NCBI RefSeq assembly: GCF_009834535.1
Contig: NC_045697.1
Location: 12,648,001-12,712,000 of the forward strand
DNA length: 64,000 bases
Origin: Camelus ferus
Taxonomy: Eukaryota
Reading direction: 5' to 3'
Position numbers and translations under genes: made by a program. Positions within the stretch are counted from its first letter, which is position 1; every line of letters starts with the position of its first letter. Below, in pieces: positions 1 through 11,026 of this stretch. The notes below the pieces were generated by a model. That model saw only the letters and a list, made by a program, of their open reading frames with translations. It made no database searches and was not told the DNA's origin.

Positions 1-56
1 CTTTTATTGTGTTAGGTCACTCAAATTTGGGGATTGTTTTTTACAGCAGTTAACTT
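1..56 (+). mobile_element. 3' end of a MaLR (MLT1-type) LTR, cut by the window edge
   Basis: ttgtgttaggtcactcaaatttggggattgttttttacagcag resembles the MLT1 3' terminus (..ttaagccactaagtttggggtaatttgttacagcag..). Confidence 0.45.
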
Positions 57-64
57 ATTTGATG

Positions 65-822
65 AAACCTGTTAGATGGCTACTGTCAGTAACTCAGAAA
101 GAAATGATGATCTTTCATCTGTGTGGTAGCAATGCAAGTGCCTGAGAAAGCAGAGCCTTCTGGTTTGGGTTTGGGTTTGGGATGTGGAAGAAAAAAAAGG
201 GTCAAAGGTGATTTCAAGGACTTTCACTTGAACCATTGCAAGGATGGAGTTACCAACTGAAATGGGGGTATTACATGTACAGCAGTTTGGACAGAAGGTC
301 AGGAGTTTATTTATGTATTGTTTGAGTTTAACTACTAGACATCCAAGTGAACTTGAGGAGTCAGTTGTATATATGTGTCAAGTTTGAGAGAAAGGTCTGA
401 GCTGGAGACTTATATTTGAAAGGCATAGGTATGTAGATGATATTTAATACCATGGGATTGGTTATGATCAGTAAGGTTTTAAATATAAATAGAGAATTGA
501 ATCTGGGGCTACTTCAAAATCAAGCAGTCAAAGAGAAGAGCAAAAACTCAGAAAGGAGACTGAGAAGGAATGACCAGTGAGGAGGGGAAACAAAGGGAGT
601 GTGCTAACTCGAAAGGCAGGAAACTTGTCAAAGAGAAGGAAATGATCAATTGTATTAAAGATACAGGTAAAACGAGGAGGTCATTGTTGACCTTGATAGA
701 TGTTTTTCAGTGGAAGGGTGGGAGTGAGGAGTGGTTAGAATGGGCTTAAGAGAGAATGGGAAGAGAAAAATCGGAGATGGCAATTCCAGACAACTATTTT
801 TCAAGGAGTTTTGCTGCAAATG
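65..822 (-). mobile_element. LINE-2 (L2) fragment
   Basis: Antisense L2 hallmarks: aaggatggagttaccaactgaaatgggg (241-268), ctagacatccaagtg (335-349), agagagaatgggaagag...gacaactatttttcaaggagttttgctgcaaa (749-820). Confidence 0.8.
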
Positions 823-835
823 AGAGTGAAGACAT

Positions 836-1640
836 TTTGGAACCCTTGTACACTGTTGCTGAGAATGTAAATTGGTGCAGTCATTATGGAAAATGGTGTG
901 GAGTTTTCTCAAAAAATTAAAAATAGAACTACCATACAATTCAGCCATCCTGCTTCTTGGTATTTATCCAAAGAAATTGAAATCAGGATCTTGAAGTTAT
1001 ATGTTCACTCCCATGTTCATTTTAGCATTGTTCACAATAGCTAAGACAAGGAAGCAAACAAAATGTCCATTGATGAGTTAATAGATAAAGAAAATGTGAT
1101 ATATACATATAATAGAAATTATTTGGCCTTTAAAAAGGAGAAAACTCCACCATTTGTGACAACATGGATGAACCCGGAAAACCTTATGAAAAGTGAAATA
1201 AACCAGACACAGAATGACAAATACTACATTATACCACTTAGATGAGGAACAGTCACACTCAGAGAAGTAGACTAGAGCAGTGGTTTCTAGGAGCTGGGTG
1301 GGCAGACACGGAGATATTAGTTAAAAGGTACAATGTTTCAGTTATACAAGGTGAGTAAGGCCTCTAATGTACAGCACAATGCCTGGAGTTAATAATACTG
1401 TATTGTAAAATCTTTCTAAGCAAGTAGATCTTATGTCAGGTGTTCTTTTCTCAAAAATAATAAAAAATATTAAAGAGGGTGGGAGGAAATTTTTGGAGGT
1501 GATAGATACATTTATGGCATAGTTTGCGGAGATAATTTCACCCTGTGTATACTTATCTCCAAACCTATCAAGTTGAATGCATTAAATATGTACAGATTTT
1601 TGTATATCAATTATAATTTAATAAAGTTGTTTAACAAAAT
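836..1640 (+). mobile_element. LINE-1 3' end (ORF2 C-terminus plus 3'UTR, L1MA9/L1MA10/L1MB-like)
   Basis: ggaacccttgtacactgttg...tagaactaccatac...; ORF 1063-1245 carries the L1 ORF2 terminal motif PFVTTWMNPENLMKSEINQTQNDKYYIIPL; ends with aataaag at 1620-1626. Confidence 0.9.
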
Positions 1641-1657
1641 AAGGATGCGTGGGGTTA

Positions 1658-2442
1658 AAAGCTGAACTGCAAACCATAGTCAAAGAGTTTCCCAAAGTAA
1701 CTGAAGATCCTCACAGATTTGCCTAGGAACTTAATGTAGTCATTCAAACTTATCACTCTGGTTTCTCTGACTTAAATCAGTTAGTTCACAGACTTGGTTG
1801 AATGCAAACCACTAATTGAGAAAATGCTGAAACGTCTCTAGAATTACAACTGAGATACCAGCACACTGACATGTATACATTGTAGCTCAGGTAATCACCA
1901 AGTGATTTCATCAAGCAATTCCTAGGGCTTTTCCAAAGCCTGTTGATTGGAACAAAATTCAGGCTTGCACACACAAAAAATGGTGAACCTGTTCATGGCT
2001 ATTAACAATCAACTTCAGATTATTTTTAGAGAAAATTCTGGTCTTCACTCAGATGTTGATGCCATATAAGTAGCTTTCAATTCTATGTTTATTAACCAGG
2101 ACCTTTCCCTTTTAGTCAAAAGGACCAGGATGGAATGGAAAACTGTGTCCACTTCATATTTAGTGAATCTGGCCAAGCAGTCCTCTCACACTCTAGATGA
2201 GTCATCTAAAAGGAAGACCGCCAGAATTCTTAATCTTCAACTCCAGCAATTGAAAACTGCTAAGTGAAACCAAATCCTAGTTTCTGCTGTAATTGCAAAG
2301 AGCTATTAGAAATAGAACAGATAGATATAAACATGATAGACAGAAATAGAGCTTTTAGAAAATAGATTGTTACGAATGGAAGCACTTCAGATGCCTTCAG
2401 CCCTCTAACCTTCGTTTCCACTGTCCTCCCAATTCTCAATGA
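1658..2442 (+). pseudogene. gag: ERV gag remnant (capsid/MHR-like region and nucleocapsid)
   Basis: KAELQTIVKEFPKVTEDPHRFA*ELNVVIQTYHSGFSDLNQLVH from 1658; IPRAFPKPVDWNKIQACTHK at about 1918-1977 followed by GEPVHGY; ORF 2085-2267 is the gag C-terminal part; FCCNCKE zinc-knuckle start near 2281; TGA at 2440-2442 at the gag/pro boundary. Confidence 0.8.
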
Positions 2443-2730
2443 CAGGGTTCTAAGGATCTCAGGAGCTCTTCCCAGTCCTCCATTTTAATCAGCTTGGGGA
2501 AACATTTCTTTAGACTGGGAAGGAATCTCTTCCAGTCCTAATTTTGCTCAACCCCACTCTATAAAGCAGCCCTGCCTTGACCTACTAAAACTGTTCAAAT
2601 AGTGGGAATTTTTAATGAACCTTAAGAGGTACTTATCTCTGAACCTACTTCCTTTTGTTGAGAACCTTAGAGATGCACACCTTTGCTCCTTAGTTACTCT
2701 GCTATTAGGCCAAAACTTTAAGTATCATGA
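2443..2730 (+). pseudogene. pro: ERV aspartic protease remnant; catalytic D-T/S-G motif absent
   Basis: GETFL*TGKESLPVLI-LLNPT (about 2497-2558), TKTVQIVGI flap-like segment near 2584-2610, LLGQNF at 2702-2719 (retroviral protease xLGRD-type motif). Confidence 0.65.
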
Positions 2731-2941
2731 TGGAATTTCTTTCTCCGAAAAGTGATAAGTCATTTTAGAGCTTGACAAAAGTCATCAAATCAGCCAACCA
2801 CGTGAATTAAATGACACTTTGACATGTTTTATTTGCTGGAACTCTGACAGTTCTAGAGCTGATTCTGGACACGCTGATCATCTGTCCTTACTGAATCAGC
2901 TGCCACCCTCCTGATAGACAAAATCTCCAAATGATGTTGGC

Positions 2942-4760
2942 AAAATTCACAGTGCACTTCCCATCAAGTTTCAAATAGATCCCTCGAAACCTCTTCCCAG
3001 AATTAATCAATATCTTATAAAGGAAGAAGTCTTTCTAGGCATGAAGACCGTAAGAGAAGATTGCAAGGCTCAAGGCCTCATTATCCCTTGTGTTAGTCCC
3101 TGCATTACTCCTGTTCTGCTGGTGAGAAAACCTTAGGGCTGAGGGTGGGGATTTGTCCAGGACCTCTGAGCAATAAACAGCATTACTGTCTCTCAGTACC
3201 CTACTGTTCCTAACCCTCATATGTTACTAACATCCATTCCCAAGAAGCCAGTTCTTTAATGTAATTGATGTATGCAGTGTGTTCTTTAGTATTTAGTTGA
3301 TGAAGCTAGCTGATACCTTTATGCTTTCACTTGGGAAGGAAAACAATTCACCTGGACAGTAATACCTCGGGGTTTTACTGAGAGTCCTTAGTTCTCACAA
3401 ATTCTGAAGGCTGATTTGATGATATAAAGTTCCCTAGAGGTTCTACTTTGTTGCAATATGTGGATGATTTGCTTTTTTGCTCTCCTTCTCAAATATCCCC
3501 ACAGGAAAGTGACATCCATTTGTTAAAGTCTTTAGCCTTAAAAGGACATAAAGTGATCAAAGAAAAATTGGAGTTTGTTCAAACCCAGATTTGATATTTA
3601 AGGCATCTGATATCAGAACAAAGGCTACCGTAAGATCCATGGTGTCCTAAGTTTCTCAAAATCCACAACTAAGCACCAGCTGTGAGTTTTTCTCAGTCTA
3701 GTTGGTTATTGCTGAAATTGGATTTTAAATTTCTCTCTTATGGCCAAACCCCTGTATGTCTTACTAAAGAATAACAGCCCTAACCCAATTTTATGGGAAT
3801 AACCAGACAACATTTCAAGCCTCAAATGAGAGTTTGAAGAACCCACATTCCCTTGGGCATCCCAATTATCAGATTCCTTTTTTTCCTTTTTGTATATGAA
3901 AAGAAAGGGAATGACCACAGGGGTACTCACCCCAAAACACAGAGATCACCATCAGTCCATTGGGTATTAGAGCCAGCAGCTGGATCCTGTGAAATGGGAA
4001 TACACCCCTTTAACTTAGAGCCATTACTGTCACTGCCTTCTTGGTTAAGGCCACCGAGAAAATCACTGTGGGATCCCTTTTAACCATTTTTCTACCTCAT
4101 GCTGTAGAAACTCTCCTGAATTCTTGTCACACTCAACATTTCTCAGTCAGCCACATTACTTCTTATGAAGTCCTTTTGTTAACTGCTTCTCACAGAATTC
4201 TTTTATATTGTAATAACTTTAACCCTGCTACTCTTCTTCCCTTCCATCGCTGACAAAGTCTCTCATGATAGCTTAATGCTGAGGTACCACTTCCCGATTC
4301 CCTTGTGATGCGCTGCAGGAAATTCTTTAAGGATAGCACTGACTTCTCATTGTTCACTGATGACTCTTATTTAAAAGATAATAATGGCAAATATTGTGCT
4401 GGATATGCTATTGCAACTCTTCTCGATGTTGTTGAAGCAGCATCTTTACCTATGGTTACTTCAGACCAACAGTCTTAATTATACATTCTTACATGGGCTT
4501 GTGCTTTAGCCAAGGGCAAAACTGCCAATATTTATGCTAATAGTAGATATGCTTTTGGAGTAGCTCATGAGATTGGAATGTTGTGAAAGCAATGTGGCTT
4601 CTTTACTTCCAGCAAAAATAAAACTTTAAAAATGGCTCCTATGTTCAGGGATTATTGGATATAATATCTCTACCTGCTGCTTTAACTATCATTAAGATTC
4701 TGGGGCACCCTAAATTTGAGAAATCACCTTGCTGACATTTCTATAAGAAATACTGCCCTT
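2942..4760 (+). pseudogene. pol: ERV pol remnant: reverse transcriptase, connection and RNase H
   Basis: PIKFQIDPSKPLPRINQY; SPCITPVLLVRKP*G*GWGFVQDL*AIN; AFTWEGKQFTWTVIPRGFTESP; LLQYVDDLL with YVDD at 3457-3468; NPATLLP at 4221-4241; FTDDS at 4353-4367; NIYANSRYAFG at 4527-4559; multiple in-frame stops (e.g. TAG 3134-3136). Confidence 0.92.
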
Positions 4761-4845
4761 AAATGGACCAACAGTAGTCAAACCTCTGTCACGATCCAAA
4801 GGGATATTCCCCCACATGATAACTTAGAAAAACTAGCTAGAGAAA

Positions 4846-6563
4846 TGGGATCAAAATGACAGTTAGGAAGACCCTGAGCTCACCTTCTCCTACAAACACG
4901 CCAAAATTACAACTACGTGTAGAGAAGACTCTCTGAGAATGACCTGAAGGCTAGTACAAAATGGCTCTTTGACAAGTAAGGATTGAAAGAAAAAGACCAC
5001 ACCGAGATGAGTAGAAGGGGAAGAGAAGTAATACAGTCAGGACCCACCAACCCAGTGAGTGACCTGAAAGAAGAAGGAGATATCACGCCTTGGAGTTCCT
5101 CCTTAAAGAGTGAGGGGCTTGAGCCCCATACTGGGCACCCCAGCTCTGGGGTCTGGCACTGAGAAGACAAGCCTCATTAACTGGCTTTGAAAACCAGTGG
5201 GGCTTATGACCAAGAGAATCAGAGGGCTGTAGGAAACTGAGATTCCACACTAAAAGGGTACACACAAAAACTTACATATTCTTAGGCCCAGCACAGAGAC
5301 AGCAGATTGCAAAGTGTCTAATGCTTTAGCTGGCCTACCAAGACTGCTCCAGCGTATCCCCTAGCCTGTGCTAACCTCTGGCACTAACAATGCCCACCAA
5401 GGTGGCAGCCGTGGAGCACCCCTGGTAAAGCCCTGGCTCATATCAATCTCCAGCTCCAGCTCTGCCCTCTTCAAGACAGTGGACATCAACATGCCTCAGG
5501 AGAAACCTTGTTCTGCACCAGGTTTTAAATCTAGCCCTTTTGGCTTCAGCCACACCACCAAGGTAGTAGCTGCCAGAGTGCCCTGAGAGAAGCCCTGGCT
5601 CCGTGGTCCATACTAATTTTAGTTCCAGCCCTCCTGCAAAAGCCACTGGGCACAAGCAGTCTGCATACGGACGTTCCTACACAAGGATACACCTTCAAGA
5701 CCAGGATAGGTAACTGTTTTGTCTAATTTCGTAGAGACAAACAGAAAGTCAAGCAAAATGAGATGATAGGGGAACATCTTCCAAATAAAAGAACAAGATA
5801 GTAACCCCTATCCTACCTTCCTCCCAAACCTTAATGAAATAGAAAGAAGTAGTTTACTTGAAAGAGTTCAAAGCAACAGTTATACAAATGCTCACAAAAC
5901 TCAGGAGAATAATAGAGGAACACAGTGTGAACTTCAGCAAAGAAAATAGAAAATAAAATTAGAGCTAATTACAATGAGTGAAATTAAAAATGCACTAGAG
6001 GGAATCAACAGTAGATTAAGTTTTACAGGAGAATGCATAAGTGACCAGAAAGAGAGAATAATGGAAATCACCCAATTGGAACAGCAAAAAGAAAAAAAAA
6101 AAAAAAAAGAATGAAGATAGTTTAAGAGATTGCTGGGACATCATCAAACATACTAATATACGCATTATAGGGCTCCCAGAAGGATAAGACAGAGAAAGAA
6201 AAGGGCAGAAAATGTATTTGATAAAATAATGGCTGAAAACTTTTCCTAACCTCCGGTAGGAAACAGATATCCAAGTCCAAGCCCAAGAAGTACAGAGAGT
6301 CCTAAACAAGATGAGCTCAAAGAGAACCAAGCCTCATAATTAAAATAGCAAAAGATAAAACAAAAATTTTAAAGGCAGTAAGAAAAAAACAAAGTCACAT
6401 ACCCCCTGTAAGACTGTCAGCTGATTTTTTTCAGCAGAAACTGCAGCCAGAAGGGAGTGGCATGATATATTTAAAGTGCTGGAAGGAAAAAAATTGACAA
6501 CCAAGGATACTCTTATGTGGCAAGATTATCATTCTGAACTGTAGAGAGGTAAAGAGTTTGCCA
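4846..6563 (+). mobile_element. LINE-1 5'UTR plus ORF1, truncated at its 3' side (no ORF2, no poly-A)
   Basis: Starts gggatcaaaatgacagttaggaagaccctgagctcacc (laurasiatherian L1 5' end type aagatggcggagtaggaagaccctgagctcacc); ORF1 nucleotide hallmarks gcactagagggaatcaacagtaga, ataatggctgaaaacttttcctaacct, ccagaagggagtggcatgatatatttaaagtgctg. Confidence 0.88.
5758..6560 (+). pseudogene. L1 ORF1p remnant, disrupted and C-terminally truncated
   Basis: ATG at 5758 gives MR**GNIFQIKEQD (cf. L1 ORF1 MRRQRNMFQMKEQD); frameshifts and an A-run at about 6086-6108; stops at the EIKSF-equivalent segment near 6545-6560. Confidence 0.8.
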
Positions 6564-6769
6564 ATGAAAAGCCATGAGGTCTTTGTTTACTACAGCCCTT
6601 CTAACTTCCTTTCCCCTCTATAAAAGAGTTATCATTTCCTTGCTGTATAAGGACTTGCATGTGACTAATTGTGGTTGCAGATCCCAAATTGCAATTCTCT
6701 GCTGATTTTGAATAAATCTCTATATATTTTTTTTGTTTACTGGAGAAACAACAGTTTTTAGTTTCAACA
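6561..6769 (+). mobile_element. 3' portion of an ERV LTR (distal U3, R, U5)
   Basis: ccaat at 6561, TATAAAA at 6619-6625, gttgcagatcccaaattgcaattctctgctg, AATAAA at 6711-6716, terminal ..tcaaCA at 6769. Confidence 0.65.
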
Positions 6770-6959
6770 CTCCAATATGTATTTTTCTAAATTATTTGTT
6801 ATGGTGTATCTTACTGTCTGATAAATTAAATCTTTTTATTCTCCATCATTTTTCTACTCATTCTTTTACTATGATCACTCTCCAAGGTTATCATGGCTAG
6901 GCTAGGCTCTATATTCTTCTGTATAAATTCTTTAATCAGCTATTGAGGTGATCATATAA

Positions 6960-7220
6960 ACACACACACACATATTCACTCAGACAAATGGGTGTTGAAA
7001 CTGAGAACAATTTCATGGAATATGTAGATTTATTTAATGAGAATTATTACTCTTATGAAATTGAGATTTCCTCTCCATAATTATGATATATATTTTCATT
7101 AGTAGTTTTCAATAAAGTCTGATAAATTATTTTGGACAGTCTTGAACGTCTTTGAAAATTCACTTCTGGATACTTACAGGTTTCTTTCTTTGCTGTCATA
7201 TTGAATATTGTTTAAATAAA
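6960..7220 (-). mobile_element. Old L1 (L1M) ORF2 fragment
   Basis: Antisense ORF2-like AT-rich text: atgtagatttatttaatgagaatta...ctggatacttacagg. Confidence 0.45.
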
Positions 7221-7221
7221 A

Positions 7222-7795
7222 TAAAATTCATGGATTGTAAGTGTTCAGCTTGGTAAGTTTTGATAGTTATATCAACCTTTGTATATCCCAAACAAGATGT
7301 AGATCATTTTCACTACCCCAGACAGGTTTTCATGATGCTTTGCTATGAAATTTTCATTTACCACCAAAATAAGTACTTTCTGATTTGTATCGTTAGTTTT
7401 GCCTATTCACGGACCTTCTTCCTATAAATCAGATTATACCATCTGCACTTTTTTGTGTCTAGCTTATCTTCAACATGATGTTCTGTGGTTCTTTTGTGTT
7501 GTTGCATGAGCAGCATGTTATTTGATTTTATTGTGTGTACTAGTCTTTTAGATGATTATACTACAATGCATTTATAGATATTTGGGTTGTTTCCAGTTTT
7601 ATGCCTATTATGAGCAAATCTTCTAAGAATTCCTAAGAAAACTGGGAGGTTCTCTTTGTGGGTAGACGCCTCTCTGTCTTTGGGACAAATACCTGGAATA
7701 GAATTGCTAAGTCATCAGGTAGATACGTAACTTTATAACAAGTTGTCAAACAGTTCGCCAAAGTGAAGGAACCATTTTATTCTCCCACACATCTT
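7222..7795 (-). mobile_element. Old L1 (L1MB/L1MC-type) 3' end
   Basis: gtaagtgttcagcttggtaagttttgatag; gatatttgggttgtttccagtttt; aatacctggaatagaattgctaagtca; ttttattctcccac. Confidence 0.8.
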
Positions 7796-9888
7796 ACAGT
7801 TTGTCTTCCTTTGTAAAAATTGTCTTTTTAAAAAACTTGCATGTTATACTTATTTATTGCTGTTATGTTAGCAATAAAAGTGATCTTCTATATTACTCTT
7901 ATGTCAAGTATATATGTTGAACTCTTTCATTAATAAGCCTTTGTAAATCAATCTTGTTGAATTTTCTGTGTTAGTTGGTTAATTCCTATCAGACACAAAC
8001 ATGATGACACGCTATAACATTCTCATATAACCAGTCTCTGTCCTTAATTTTGCATATCAGAACAGAGTATCACATTTCTTATTAAATGTCCGTATGTTCC
8101 TCCACATTTCCCATCCTCGATTTGCATGGGGTCAATATCACTAGTTCTTGTCAATTCTTAACTCCTTTGAGATAGTTAAGAGCATGTATGGCACCTCCAC
8201 TGTTTTGATATCTCTCTCTCTCTCTCTTTCTCTCTGTTCCCCCCCACCCCCGCCATTTATTCTGTGAATTTAGCTGAAAGCAAAGGTTTCTGCATAGTGG
8301 AACTGCACTGGGGATACAAGCAGCCTGAGTCCCTTAGTGTGTTCTTAGATAAGAGCGTTGCCATAGGTCCACCCCGTCTACACTGGATGGCGATTTAAAT
8401 GAGAATTTCAGATTTGTTTGGCTAATGAAATTTGGTAGTTTATTTGCTCCTGAAGTTTAACTGAGCCTATCCTATTATAAAAAGAAGAAATTAATTACAA
8501 AACAATTAGTACTACCTTAAGTTTAAACTCAAGGTGCCAGGGAAACACAGAGGAGGCTACCTGACTCAGCTGTAAAAGTTAGAGGATGCTTTCCAGAGCA
8601 TTTACCATCAAAACTGAGACTGCAAAAATTAATAGGCATTATTGTGTTCCAGCACAGTTCCTAGAACATGGTCATTCCCAAGTGCTTTTTGAATCTGTCA
8701 ATGAACTCTATCAACTATCAGAATAGAGGTGTGTTTCTGAGCATGTCTGTAAAGGGTTTCTGATTAATCTAACCCTTGAAAATATATGACATTTTGTTTG
8801 GGCTAGTCCTAGAAGCTAGGACTTTTTGGAGAACAACTCCGTGTGTTCCCGGTGTGGACTGACAACCAGAAATGAAAACCTGGCTTCTTGTCTGCCTCAC
8901 ACCCAGTTGTTGATGCAGTGCTATCTCATTGACCTCTTTTCCTTGGTGTCTATGTTCCTGTAGCCTGACGGTATTTACATATTAGGCAATTCTATGAGGC
9001 TTCTCTAAAACAGAGGAAGCCAGAGCTCAGAGAAGGTAATTAAAAGCAAAAGCAGGAGAGAGAACAAGGATGTTTGCTTGTCTCTGAAAGACTCACAAGG
9101 CTGGGAGGTGGGGGGAGGCAGAGGGAGAGAGAGACTGAAAGCACATTGGCCCAGTGACAGTAGGGACAGGATGATTCAGAAGTAAAGCCATGGTAACCTG
9201 GGGGTAAATACCTGAAAGGAAACAGCTGCTGGGGAGGAACATTTTCACTCTGGATGGAAAACACAGGAAAGAAATCTTAAACAAACTCATTATCTTTAAC
9301 CTTAGAGCAATGGTAGAACCCGGTTATCACATTAAGGCACTACCACATTTATACAAATTTGTCAATTCTTCCACAAAAGAGATGAATATTTTATTAAAAA
9401 GAAGGAAGCATCAGAGCTTTGTTTCAACACTTGAGGGGACAGAGTGAGTGCTCTTTTAATTGCTTTATGTTTTCCCTGATGGATGTTAAATACTCATATA
9501 ATCAAGTCAAAAGCATTTGTTTTTTCCTGGTGAGAAGTGCTCTCTAAGCAATGATGGCTAGTATTAGGTGTAACATGTTCTGCAAGGGTTGCCATGGAAA
9601 GAGTTTGCCTGCTTCCCCCCGCCCCCACCCCCACCGCCATATCTTTCCATAAATAACAGGGGAAGAGTTCAGAAAGCCTGCACAGAAAAGACGTCTGGGG
9701 CCAGAGTAACTCCTTAGTGCTTTGCCACGCAGGAGAGTCACCAGGTTTTACGTTAAATATATTTTGCCCTCTCTCTCTCCCTCTCTCTTTTTCTGTTTTG
9801 GGTAGGTGACATTATTTTCAATATTAGACCATTCTAAGCACTACCACAAACACTGGAGACTTAAATGATTTAATGAAGCAGCAGTGTA

Positions 9889-9892
9889 GTGT

Positions 9893-9930
<38 letters not shown>
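9889..9930 (+). repeat. (GT)n microsatellite, about 20 units with one GA interruption
   Basis: Direct read. Confidence 0.95.
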
Positions 9931-9932
<2 letters not shown>

Positions 9933-11026
9933 TTGCAGTTGAATTTCAGTAGCAGTTCACTCCTCGTAAATGCTGACTCTGTCTTAATTATATGAGGCTT
10001 AGCAGTCGTCTGATTTTTACGGTGAGGTTTCAGACATGGTTTTCTGTTTCCTTTCTAGGAAGGAAAACTCACTTACTACCTGTATGCCTACTGAAAATTT
10101 CTAATATACTTTCATGACATTCTTGCACAATTCTCTCTTGTGGAGTGGATCACTATGAGGTGACATGAAAACTTTTCTTTTTCTTCTGAACAGATAAACC
10201 GTTGGTGTTCAGTTTAGCAAATGCTCCTTTAGTGCCTATTTTGTGCTCTGCTTTTGGGGGAATCAGAGATAATTAGGATGTAGGTCCTTGTCCTCCAGGA
10301 GTTCTTATTCTTCTGGCTTATTTTTAGAACCATTAGTCTTGGGTTTAGAAGGTTTATCTTTGCAGGCTGGAGGGATGCTCTGTGGTCAGACACCTAAATG
10401 TGCAGGTTGAAATCTACATGGATGGAGCCCATGGTTTGGTAACTCAGGAGAGAGTGAGCGTAGCTGGCTCCGTTGTCCAGAGGCAGAGTGATGGATGGTA
10501 GGAAGGGCCACTATTCTTGCTCATTCAGTCCTCAGTGGTTCCTAAAAGACTGCAGCGGCCGCAGGTCCAAGGCCCGAGCAATCAAGAGAGGCATGTGGCC
10601 ATAGTTACTCTGTCTTTTGCCAAGAGGCTTCTGCTGCCTTTTAAGTCAGAGTAGCTCTGGAGTTTCTGCTCAGTTCCGTTCTTTCTAGCTGGGCCCTCTG
10701 GACTTAAAGGGCAGTTGTTAGACTGGGATGACACAGGGCCTCTGTGTGCACATCCTGGCATGAACATTGCTTTGGATATTCAGGGTTTGGGCTGAAGAAG
10801 GGGTGCACAACCTGGCCAAGCACAGGGACGTGATTAGGGTAGCACATTATCACAAGCTTATTATACAGTAAACCTTAAAAAATACTTTTGGTTTTATTTT
10901 CATGTAATAGAAAAAATTAGCCAGTGCATCACAATAGAGGATAAAGTCAATAATGCCATGATAAATAATTTTAAGAAAAAAATTAGATGTGTTCAAATAA
11001 TATATCAAGTATAAATAGTTTATCAT

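Larger units (their letters stand above)
1658..4844 (+). mobile_element. Decayed class I (gamma-like/ERV1) endogenous retrovirus internal region, gag-pro-pol, lacking 5' LTR, integrase and env
   Basis: Colinear gag capsid, zinc-knuckle, protease, RT (YVDD) and RNase H motifs with many stops and frameshifts (see sub-features). Confidence 0.92.

Noticed and set aside
164-181. (TTTGGG)3 telomere-like repeat
   Set aside because: Only three units, not TTAGGG, and inside an L2 relic; ordinary slippage.
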